The notes below the pieces were generated by a model. That model had not been told where the DNA came from and did not search any database. It saw only the letters and a list, made by a program, of their open reading frames with translations. Shown here piece after piece: positions 17,258-24,837 of a DNA stretch of 64,000 bases (position 1 is the stretch's first letter; the number at the start of each line of letters is the position of its first letter). The translations under genes and the position numbers were made by a program. This DNA comes from Vicinamibacterales bacterium (lineage in GTDB: Bacteria > Acidobacteriota > Vicinamibacteria > Vicinamibacterales > UBA8438): NCBI GenBank assembly GCA_965204675.1, contig OZ242003.1, forward strand, positions 3,392,375 through 3,456,374, given 5' to 3'.

Positions 17258-17741
17258 CCGCCAGCGCCAGCGCCAGCAGCATCCCGGCGGTCGAGTCGAA
17301 CCGGTCCGCGACGAGGAAGACGGCCCGGAGGCGCCGCCCCGCCGCCGCCTCGCCGGGCGCGACGCCGAGCCGGCGCTTGACGAACGAGTTGGGGAGCTCG
17401 CCCGCCATGAAGCCCAGGGCCGCCCAGGCGCCGAGCAGGCCGTACGACGCCGGCGCGAGCGGCCAGAGCCCGGCGGCCGCGAGCCCCGGCCGCGCCGACA
17501 CGAGGGCCGCGAGGGCGGTGAAGCTGACGCCGGTGGCGGGCACCATCACCAGGAAACCGCGGACCGTCTTGTGCGCGCCCAGGATCGGCCGGCCGCCGAG
17601 GGCGCGGCCGCCGTCGAGGGGGACCGCGAAGCGCCGCGAGAGGGGCGCGGCCAGCCACGCGGTGTGCGCGAGGCCGGACAGGGTGAAGCCCGTCACCAGG
17701 AACAGGCCGCACGCCACGGGATCGAGGGCAGGCGCGGTCAT
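17148..17741 (-). CDS. CarS-like (CDP-archaeol synthase family, DUF46) cytidylyltransferase membrane protein
   Basis: GAHKTVRGF and GELPNSFVKRRLGVAPG...ADRFDS match the family motifs (KT.rG; GDl..SFiKRRlG; D.lD). Five TM segments; ATGA overlap at 17738-17741. Confidence 0.7.
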   Translation of the reverse strand: MTAPALDPVACGLFLVTGFTLSGLAHTAWLAAPLSRRFAVPLDGGRALGGRPILGAHKTVRGFLVMVPATGVSFTALAALVSARPGLAAAGLWPLAPASYGLLGAWAALGFMAGELPNSFVKRRLGVAPGEAAAGRRLRAVFLVADRFDSTAGMLLALALAVPVSWQVCLFVLLAGPLVHAGFSAALFLLRVKARAA

Positions 17742-18697
17742 ACGTCGAACCCCGACCGGTCGCGGTTCTGGAACAGGAACACCTCGCCGGGGACCGCGCG
17801 CGCGGCCGGCACCCACGTCGTCCAGCTCACCTCGTTCCGTACCGGGCGCCGGACCTCCGGCAGCCGGTACCCCGGCACCGCGGGATACAGGTGGTGCAGC
17901 TCGTGGGCGTCGAAGTGCAGGAGCATCCTCGACAGCCACCCCGGCAACCGGAGCGACCGCGTGAAGGGGCCCTGGGCCGGCGCGGCGTACGGCTCCACGT
18001 CCCGGCCGCGGCTGAGGTGCATCGGCATGTGGGTGTGCTGGCTGAGGAGGAGGACGTCCTGGACCACGAGGGTCAGGAGCAGCGCCGGCCCCGCGGCGCG
18101 GACGAACGCGGCCGGGCCGAGGGCGACGGCCGCGGCGGCCCAGACCGCGGCCACCGCCGCGGCGTCGACGACGATCGCGCGGGCCTCGGCCGGCTTCGGA
18201 CCGATCAACCGGAACAGCCGGGCCAGGTTCCAGTAGTTGCCCGTCCGGTAGAGGACCGAGAAGATCGGGATCCAGCACCGCCAGCAGACGTTGACGGCGA
18301 GCCGTTCGAAGCGGCCCAGGGGTCGCGGCACGAGGGCCGCGGTGGTCGGGTCGAGGTCCTGCCACCCCGTCCACTTGTGGTGGCGCGCGTGGATCGGCTT
18401 CCAGCAGCGGAACGGGATCAGCGCGAAGAACCCCGCCACCGGGCCGACGGCGTCGTTCAGCCGCCGCGTCCGGAAGAGGGTCCCGTGCCCGCACTCGTGA
18501 AGCAACGCGAACCACTGGAGGAACGCCGCCGCGAGGACCAACTGCCCGGCCGCCCAGGGCAGGGCCGGCTCGCGGGTCGCGAGCCATCCACCGGCGGCGG
18601 TCGCCGCCGCCGCCCAGCCGGTGAACGCCAGGCCCGTCCCGTCGGCGGGGCGGAAGTCCGGAACCGGCGCCGGCTTCTCGATGACCTCGCTGCGCAT
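17738..18697 (-). CDS. Membrane fatty-acid desaturase family protein (first gene of lipid operon)
   Basis: Three His boxes: HECGH, HARHH, HELHH. ATG at 18697; an in-frame TTG at 18706 is also possible. Confidence 0.8.
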   Translation of the reverse strand: MRSEVIEKPAPVPDFRPADGTGLAFTGWAAAATAAGGWLATREPALPWAAGQLVLAAAFLQWFALLHECGHGTLFRTRRLNDAVGPVAGFFALIPFRCWKPIHARHHKWTGWQDLDPTTAALVPRPLGRFERLAVNVCWRCWIPIFSVLYRTGNYWNLARLFRLIGPKPAEARAIVVDAAAVAAVWAAAAVALGPAAFVRAAGPALLLTLVVQDVLLLSQHTHMPMHLSRGRDVEPYAAPAQGPFTRSLRLPGWLSRMLLHFDAHELHHLYPAVPGYRLPEVRRPVRNEVSWTTWVPAARAVPGEVFLFQNRDRSGFDV

Positions 18698-18787
18698 GTT
18701 TCTCAAGATAGAAGGCGGCCGCCGCGCAAGTCCTGACGAAACCGTGAAGTTGGGGTGAAGAAAGGCTGAGTGCTACGATTCCGCGCC

Positions 18788-20695
18788 ATGGCCCGGCAGG
18801 AGGGGTCGTACCGGTTCGGCGACTTCAGGGTCGATCCCACCGCCTACACCTTGCGGCGCGCCGGCGAGCCGGTGCCCCTGTCCCCCCGGCCGTTCGACCT
18901 GCTCGTCCATCTGCTGCGGAACCCGGGGCGGCTCGTCACCAAGGACGAGCTGCTGGACGCGCTCTGGCCGGGGGTCGCGGTCACCGAGAACACCCTGACG
19001 CGGGCCGTTTCCGAGCTGCGGCGGGCCCTCGGCGACACGCCGGGGGCGCCGCGGTGCATCGAGACGGTGCCCCGGCGGGGCTACCGGTGGATCGCCGCGA
19101 CGGGGTTGGATGCCCCCGCCGGCGGGTCCGACGCCCCGCGTCCGCCGGGGCGCGCCGTCGCCGTCGTCGACTTCGCGAACCTCACCGGCGACGACGCGCT
19201 CGCGTGGCTGGCCCCCGGCATCGCCGAGACCGTGACCAACGACCTGAGGACCCTCGACGGACTGCGGGTGATCGACCGCTGGCGGGTCGTTGAGGCGGCG
19301 GTCGAGGCCGGACCGGCGCCGGCCGGCATCGCGGCGGCGGTCGAGGCCGATCTCGTCGTGGCGGGAAGCTACCAGCGGATGGGGGACCGCCTGCGGGTCA
19401 CCGCCCGCATGCTCGAGGCGGGGACCGGCGACACCGTCGCGGACGCGAAGGCGGACGGACGGCTGGATGCGATCTTCGAGCTCGAGGACCAGATCGTCCG
19501 GCAGTTCTCGGCGGGCCTCGGACTCGACGGTGGGGCCGGGCCCCGCGCCCCGCGGGAGACGTCGAGCCTCGACGCCTACCGGGCCGCGATCGAGGGCTAC
19601 GTGCAGTTGCAGTCGCTCGACGCGCGGCTCCTGCCGGCCGCGGTCGAGTCCTTCGAGCGGGCCGTCGCCCTCGACCGCAGCTATGCGCCGGCCTACGCGG
19701 GGCTCGCCAACGCCGAGCACGCGCTCTACGAGCTGACGCGCGCCGCGAACCGGCCCGACCGGGCGCGCCTCGAGTCGGCGCTGCTCCATGCCCACCGCGC
19801 CGTCGAGCTGAACGCGCGCCTCGCGGGCGCGCACGCCACGCTCGGCTTCCTGCTCGTGAGCGCGGGGCGGCGGTCGGAGGCCCTGGCCGCGGCGCGGCGC
19901 GCCGTCGACCTCGATCCCCACGACTGGATGCACCTGTTCATCCTCGGCCACGCGTCGTGGGGCGGCGAGCGCCTGCGCGCCCAGGCGCGGTCCATCGCGC
20001 ACTACGCCGAGTTCGCGTTCGCCCACTTCAGCATGGCGATGGTGCACGTGGCGCGGAACGACCTGCCGGCGGCCGAGCGGGTGCTCAGGGAGGGAACGGC
20101 GATCCAGGACCGTCAGCTCGGGCGCCGCCAGCGACTGCCCTCGAGCGGGCTGCACTGGCTGCTGGGCTGCACCCGGTTCAGGCAGGGCGATGCCGACGAG
20201 GCGCTCCGCGAGTTCGACCTCGAGATGGACCACGCGCGCAACGACTACCTGTACGCGCAGGAGTACACCGAGGCTTCGCAACTGGGCCGCGGCTTCGCCT
20301 TCGCCGGCCGGGGGCGGCGCGACGCGGCCCGGGACAGCTTCGACGCGGTGCTCCGGGCGCATCCGGACCAGGCGCGCGCGCATCTGGGGCTGGCCCTGCT
20401 GGCGCGGACCGAGGGGCGGGACCGCGAGATGGAGGCCGCCCTGGCGCGGGCCGAGGCGGCGATGGCCGAGCTCGACAGGGGCGGGCGGATCGCCGAGGCC
20501 GCGGTGGCGCGCGCGGGCGCGCTCGCCCTGCGCGGCCGAAAGGATGAAGCGGTCGCGCAACTCGACCGACTGCTGAACGAGCCCCCGATCGCCTTCGCGG
20601 GGTGGACGATTCCCGTCGAGCCGCTCCTCGAACCCCTGTCTCGGACCGACGGGTTCGACCGGGTCCTGGCTCGGCTCGCGGACCGCGCCCGGTGA
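18788..20695 (+). CDS. Winged-helix (OmpR/CadC-type trans_reg_C) transcriptional regulator with TolB-like and TPR C-terminal region
   Basis: FGDFRVDPTAYTLRRAGEPVPLSPRPFDLLVHLL...LVTKDELLDALWPG...RRGYRW, followed by TPR-like helical repeats. It is divergent from the lipid operon. Confidence 0.8.
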   Translation: MARQEGSYRFGDFRVDPTAYTLRRAGEPVPLSPRPFDLLVHLLRNPGRLVTKDELLDALWPGVAVTENTLTRAVSELRRALGDTPGAPRCIETVPRRGYRWIAATGLDAPAGGSDAPRPPGRAVAVVDFANLTGDDALAWLAPGIAETVTNDLRTLDGLRVIDRWRVVEAAVEAGPAPAGIAAAVEADLVVAGSYQRMGDRLRVTARMLEAGTGDTVADAKADGRLDAIFELEDQIVRQFSAGLGLDGGAGPRAPRETSSLDAYRAAIEGYVQLQSLDARLLPAAVESFERAVALDRSYAPAYAGLANAEHALYELTRAANRPDRARLESALLHAHRAVELNARLAGAHATLGFLLVSAGRRSEALAAARRAVDLDPHDWMHLFILGHASWGGERLRAQARSIAHYAEFAFAHFSMAMVHVARNDLPAAERVLREGTAIQDRQLGRRQRLPSSGLHWLLGCTRFRQGDADEALREFDLEMDHARNDYLYAQEYTEASQLGRGFAFAGRGRRDAARDSFDAVLRAHPDQARAHLGLALLARTEGRDREMEAALARAEAAMAELDRGGRIAEAAVARAGALALRGRKDEAVAQLDRLLNEPPIAFAGWTIPVEPLLEPLSRTDGFDRVLARLADRAR

Positions 20696-20972
20696 CCGGA
20701 CCGAGTCGCGGCGGGCCCTGACGGCGGGCCAGGCCGGCTCCGCAGAACGGCGCGGACGCCTGGAAGGCCGGTTGGGCACCAAGCGGAGGCCGTAGCGCTA
20801 CCTTGCGGTCGCGTTCGGCGACGATTGGGGGCCGGTTCCGGCGCCCGGTGCCGGCCGCGCTCTAGCCTAGTGGTGCGTCACGTTCCAATCTTCGGACACG
20901 GACATGGGTTTACAGCGCGTAATCGTTGACGAATCACATCACCATGCCCGAACATTCAGCCGTGACGCAGCA

Positions 20973-22727
20973 CTAGTCGGGCAAGGCGAAGACGAACAGG
21001 TTGTTGCCCATGCTCGGGCGCAGCTCGGGCGTCAGGGGCGCGAAGTACACCAGGGTGCGCGAGCTGCCGGTGCTGACCGCGACGTACTGCCGGCCGTCGG
21101 CGGCGAACGTGATCGGAAACCCGGTGATGGGCGAGCCCAGGTTCACCTCCCACAGCACGTCCCCGGTCTCCGCGTCGAGGGCGCGGAACCGGCCGTTGAG
21201 GTCGCCGCCGAACACGAGCCCGCCGGCCGTCGCGACGAGCGACGTGGTGGCGGCCCGCTGCTCGTAGGTCCACATCAGCTCGCCGGTCTCCGGGGAGATC
21301 GCCTGCACGGTGCCGAGCTGGTCGGTGCCGGGCGCGAGCTCGCTCCGCACGACGAGCGCATAGAGCGACGTGGCGACGCTGTCGCCGCCGGCCGTGGCCA
21401 TCATCCGCGCGCAGGCGTTGCGCAACGGGAAGTACATCAGCCCCGTCTGCGGGCTGTAGGCTCCCGCCTCCCAGTCCTTGCCGCCCACCAGCGTCGGGCA
21501 GGCCAGCACCGTCTGGCCGTCGCCGGTGAAGACGACCTCCGAATTCTCCGTGACCGCGCCGGTGGCGCCGTCGATGTCGCTGATCACGTTCTGGGTGACC
21601 GTGGGCGTCGCCCACAGGAACTCGCCGGTCTCGCGGTCGAGGGTATAGACGATGCCGGTCTTGCCGGGAATTCCGGTCACGACCTTGCGGACCTCGCCGT
21701 GCCGCAGCCGCGGGTTGATCCAGGGCACGGTCGCCGGGTCCGGTGCGACGGCGGTGTCGAGCAGCAGGCGCTCGAACGGGTGATCGAGGTCCCAGTGGTC
21801 GTTCAGGTGCTGGTAGTACCAGACGATCTCGCCGGTGTCGGCGTCGAGGGCCAGCGTGGAGTTGTGGTACAGGTGCTTCTTGTCGGTCCCGCCGAGCATG
21901 AACTTCGGGGCGGGCGACGTCACCGACGTGCCGATGTAGACGAGGTTCAGGGCCGGGTCGAAGCTGGGCACCATCCACGCGCCCACGTGCTTGCGCTCCT
22001 CGTAGGGCACGTCGCCCCAGCTCTCGTCCCCCGGTTCGCCGGGCGCGGGGATGGTGCGCGTGCGCCACAGCTCCTCGCCGGTCCTGGCATCGTGGGCGGT
22101 GATGACGCACGCCTCGGGACCGCCCGCCGGGGTGCAGCTCCGCCCCGAGATGATCTTGCCGCCGGCGATGATGGGGCCGGAGGTCTGATTGGCGGGGTGC
22201 GTCCGGTAGTCGAGGATCTGCGTCTCCCAGGCCAGCCGGCCCGTCGCGGCATTGAGGGCGAAGACGTAGTCGTCGACGCTGGTGTCGATGATGAGGTCGT
22301 CGTAGATGGCGAGGTTGCGGTTGACCTCGGCGAGGACGGTGATGAGGTACTCGTCCACGTCGTCGGGGAGCGACCGCCGGTATTCCCACAGGAGATCGCC
22401 GCTCGCGCCGTCGAGGGCCTGGATGACGTCCCGCGGGTTGGGCATGTACAGGACGCCGTCGTGGACGAGCGGTGTTCCCTGCTGGAGACCCGGCCCGAGG
22501 GCCCGGGTCCAGACCATCCGCAACTCGCCCACGTTGTCGCGATCGATCTGGTCGAGCGGACTGTAGCCCCAGCCGTCGAGCGTCCGCCGCCACATGAGCC
22601 AGTCGGCGGGGTCGGGATCCTGCAGCACCTCGTCCGTCACCGGGACGAAGGGACTGTTCGACTGGGCCAGCGCCTGGCCCGCGCTCATCACGAGACACAC
22701 CACCAACGCCCAACGGATCGCAGACAT
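20973..22727 (-). CDS. PQQ-dependent dehydrogenase (quinoprotein, no heme domain)
   Basis: Signal peptide (MSAIRWALVVCLVMSAGQALAQ), then [31 protein letters not shown], and W-motif propeller repeats through to the C-terminus. Confidence 0.85.
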   Translation of the reverse strand: MSAIRWALVVCLVMSAGQALAQSNSPFVPVTDEVLQDPDPADWLMWRRTLDGWGYSPLDQIDRDNVGELRMVWTRALGPGLQQGTPLVHDGVLYMPNPRDVIQALDGASGDLLWEYRRSLPDDVDEYLITVLAEVNRNLAIYDDLIIDTSVDDYVFALNAATGRLAWETQILDYRTHPANQTSGPIIAGGKIISGRSCTPAGGPEACVITAHDARTGEELWRTRTIPAPGEPGDESWGDVPYEERKHVGAWMVPSFDPALNLVYIGTSVTSPAPKFMLGGTDKKHLYHNSTLALDADTGEIVWYYQHLNDHWDLDHPFERLLLDTAVAPDPATVPWINPRLRHGEVRKVVTGIPGKTGIVYTLDRETGEFLWATPTVTQNVISDIDGATGAVTENSEVVFTGDGQTVLACPTLVGGKDWEAGAYSPQTGLMYFPLRNACARMMATAGGDSVATSLYALVVRSELAPGTDQLGTVQAISPETGELMWTYEQRAATTSLVATAGGLVFGGDLNGRFRALDAETGDVLWEVNLGSPITGFPITFAADGRQYVAVSTGSSRTLVYFAPLTPELRPSMGNNLFVFALPD

Positions 22728-22859
22728 ACGCCCTCCAAGCGCTACTCTACACGCGTGCTTGCGGATGGGTAAAGCGGCCTCGCTCCTCCATCGGGCGGCT
22801 TGCCGCGAGGCACGAACGGCGCGGCTGGACGATGGCCGCGACCGTCGAGGCGTCACCGG

Positions 22860-22940
22860 CCGGGCAGCAGACGGGGTCGTGGAACGCCGCGGGCTGCCGG
22901 AGGGCTGGCTGGGCGGCGAGCGGAGCCGCAAGGCGACGCT
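22860..22940. repeat. Diverged intergenic copy of the ~85-nt element (family E)
   Basis: GGGCAGC...GTCGTGGAACGCCGCGGGCTGCCGGAGGGCTGGCTGGGCGGCGAGCGGAGCCGCAAGGCGACG aligns with the reverse complement of the imuB copies. Confidence 0.55.
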
Positions 22941-22946
22941 TCCGGG

Positions 22947-23834
22947 TCACGAGATGCCGGTGATGGCCCCCGGCGTGGCGCGCGCGTCGCGCGGCCTCCA
23001 TGCGCCGGCCGCGACCCGGCTCAGGAAGTCGGCGATGAACGCGTTCACGAGGTCGGGCTCCTCGAGGTTCAGCGTGTGGCCCGACTTCGGCAGGACGGCC
23101 AGGCCGCTCCGGGGAATCGTGCGCTTCAGCCACAAGCTGGTCTCGATACAGCCGTCGTCCTCGTCTCCCGCGAGAACGAGCACCGGCGCCTCGATCGCGG
23201 ACAGCTTCGCCTCCAGCGAGTACAACGACGGCCGCTGCCGCTGCACCCCGAGCATCGTGCGCACGGCGCCGTCCGCGGAGTGCTCCCCCAGCTCGCGCAC
23301 GAGCTGCTCCCACCCCCGAGGGTCCTTGTCCTGGAACTGCACCCGCGCCGGCCCCGACAGGTAGCGGCGGGCGAAGGGCTCCATCCCCGACTCCCGAATC
23401 AGCCGGGCGATGGCCTCGCACTCGTCGCGGAAGCGCTGCGCTTCCGCGGGACGCGCGCCGTAGCCGGTGCCCAGGACGACCAGGGAGCGGACGCGCGCGG
23501 GGTGCTGCATCGCCAGGTGCAGTCCCGCGAAGCCGCCCATGGAGATGCCGACCACGTCGGCCGCCTCGACGCCGAGCCCGTCCAGAACCGCGACCGCGTC
23601 GTCGACCGCGTGTTGCTGCGAGTAGGCGTCGGCATCGGCCGGCACCTGCGATGGTGGATAGCCCCGGGCCGCGTAGGTGATGCAGCGGTGACTTCGGGAG
23701 AATCGCCGCACCTGGGGCTCCCAGCTCCGATGGTCGCCGGCGTACTCGTGAACGAAGAGGATGGCGTCGCCGCTTCCCGTGGATTCGGTGTGGAGCTCCA
23801 CGCCGTCCGGCGTGACGACTGTCTGTGCCGGCAT
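22947..23834 (-). CDS. Alpha/beta hydrolase
   Basis: ILFVHEYAGD, nucleophile elbow GISMGG, and a C-terminal SGH. Confidence 0.8.
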   Translation of the reverse strand: MPAQTVVTPDGVELHTESTGSGDAILFVHEYAGDHRSWEPQVRRFSRSHRCITYAARGYPPSQVPADADAYSQQHAVDDAVAVLDGLGVEAADVVGISMGGFAGLHLAMQHPARVRSLVVLGTGYGARPAEAQRFRDECEAIARLIRESGMEPFARRYLSGPARVQFQDKDPRGWEQLVRELGEHSADGAVRTMLGVQRQRPSLYSLEAKLSAIEAPVLVLAGDEDDGCIETSLWLKRTIPRSGLAVLPKSGHTLNLEEPDLVNAFIADFLSRVAAGAWRPRDARATPGAITGIS

Positions 23835-23845
23835 GATCCCCTCGC

Positions 23846-24088
23846 TCAGTGCTCCGCCAGGCGGAAGTTGAAGTAGTGGACGTGGAGCGGCGCCACGAGG
23901 CTGGGGGCCACCAGGGCGCCGCAGGCGGTGTCGGTGGTCGCGGTCGCGTCCTCCATCGAGGTGGAGGCGAGCAGGATCCCGGTGACGCGCATTTCAGCTG
24001 TGGTCAAGTCATCGAGCGGGTGGTCGGGCGCCAGCGTGGCCGCGAGCGCGAAGCCGGCGAACGCGGTTGCGAGACGGATTGCGGTCAT
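23846..24088 (-). CDS. Small hypothetical exported protein
   Basis: Signal-like N-terminus (MTAIRLATAFAGFALAATLA), 11 nt upstream of the hydrolase gene. No recognisable motif. Confidence 0.3.
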   Translation of the reverse strand: MTAIRLATAFAGFALAATLAPDHPLDDLTTAEMRVTGILLASTSMEDATATTDTACGALVAPSLVAPLHVHYFNFRLAEH

Positions 24089-24491
24089 GGAGGTCTCCGA
24101 TCGAGCCTCGTTCCGTGAATTGCCGCCTCATCTTAACGACTCGGCGCGTTCGTACCGCCCTGTCGGTGGATAGCGGTGGACCGCGGGGCAGGTGCGGCGC
24201 GGCCCGACATGGGTCGGACAAGGGGGAACGACAACTATTCTTGCCGGTTGCCGACGCGGCGATGGACCGGTCGCAGGGGCGGCCGCGAGGCGTGTGACAC
24301 TGCCCGTTTCCTCGCGGAGGGCGGGTTGGTCAAGGAGCGCAGGTCGACCCGACGAGCCGTCTCGTCGTCGCGTCTATCCTCGCCGGAGGACTGCTGTTCC
24401 GAGTGCTCAGGGGGTCCCTTTGCATCCGGCGGGTGGGCGAATTGACGTTGACACGTGGTATCGTATTCGCCTAACTTGTTTAGGAGAAAAC

Positions 24492-24833
24492 ATGCCTCCT
24501 CGCGTCACGTTGCTGCCCGGAACCCTGGACGTCCTGGTTCTCAAGGCCGTTTCCCTCGGCCCCCTCCATGGGTACGGCGTGCTGCTGCGCATCGAGCAGA
24601 TCACGCGAGGCGCGCTCCTCGTCGAGCAGGGCGCGCTGTACCCCGCGCTCTTTCGCCTCGAGCAGCAAGGACTGCTTGCCACCGCGTGGGGTGTGTCGGA
24701 CAACAACCGGCGGGCGAAGTTCTACCGGCTGACACCGGCGGGCCGGCGGCGATTGCGGATAAAGCGCGCGAACTGGCAGCAACTGGCCGATGCGATGGCG
24801 GCCGCGCTCGGCACCCGGCCAGGTGAGGTGTGA
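24492..24833 (+). CDS. PadR family transcriptional regulator
   Basis: AGGAG RBS at 24482. LDVLVLKAVSLGPLHGYGV...GALYPALFRLEQQGLL...KFYRLTPAGR. Confidence 0.85.
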   Translation: MPPRVTLLPGTLDVLVLKAVSLGPLHGYGVLLRIEQITRGALLVEQGALYPALFRLEQQGLLATAWGVSDNNRRAKFYRLTPAGRRRLRIKRANWQQLADAMAAALGTRPGEV

Positions 24834-24837
24834 CGAC

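Noticed and set aside
17032-17712. 226-aa minus-strand ORF
   Set aside because: Only its last 39 codons are meaningful (a duplicate of the CarS-like C-terminus). The rest is out of frame over the CarS-like gene.
20904-22772. 622-aa plus-strand ORF and 585-aa minus-strand ORF (20956..22713)
   Set aside because: Both overlap the PQQ dehydrogenase frame (20973..22727), which alone has a signal peptide and propeller motifs.
24442-24476. Possible PadR promoter (TTGACG / TTGACA hexamers)
   Set aside because: No acceptable -10 hexamer at 16-18 nt spacing. Only the AGGAG RBS at 24482 is convincing.
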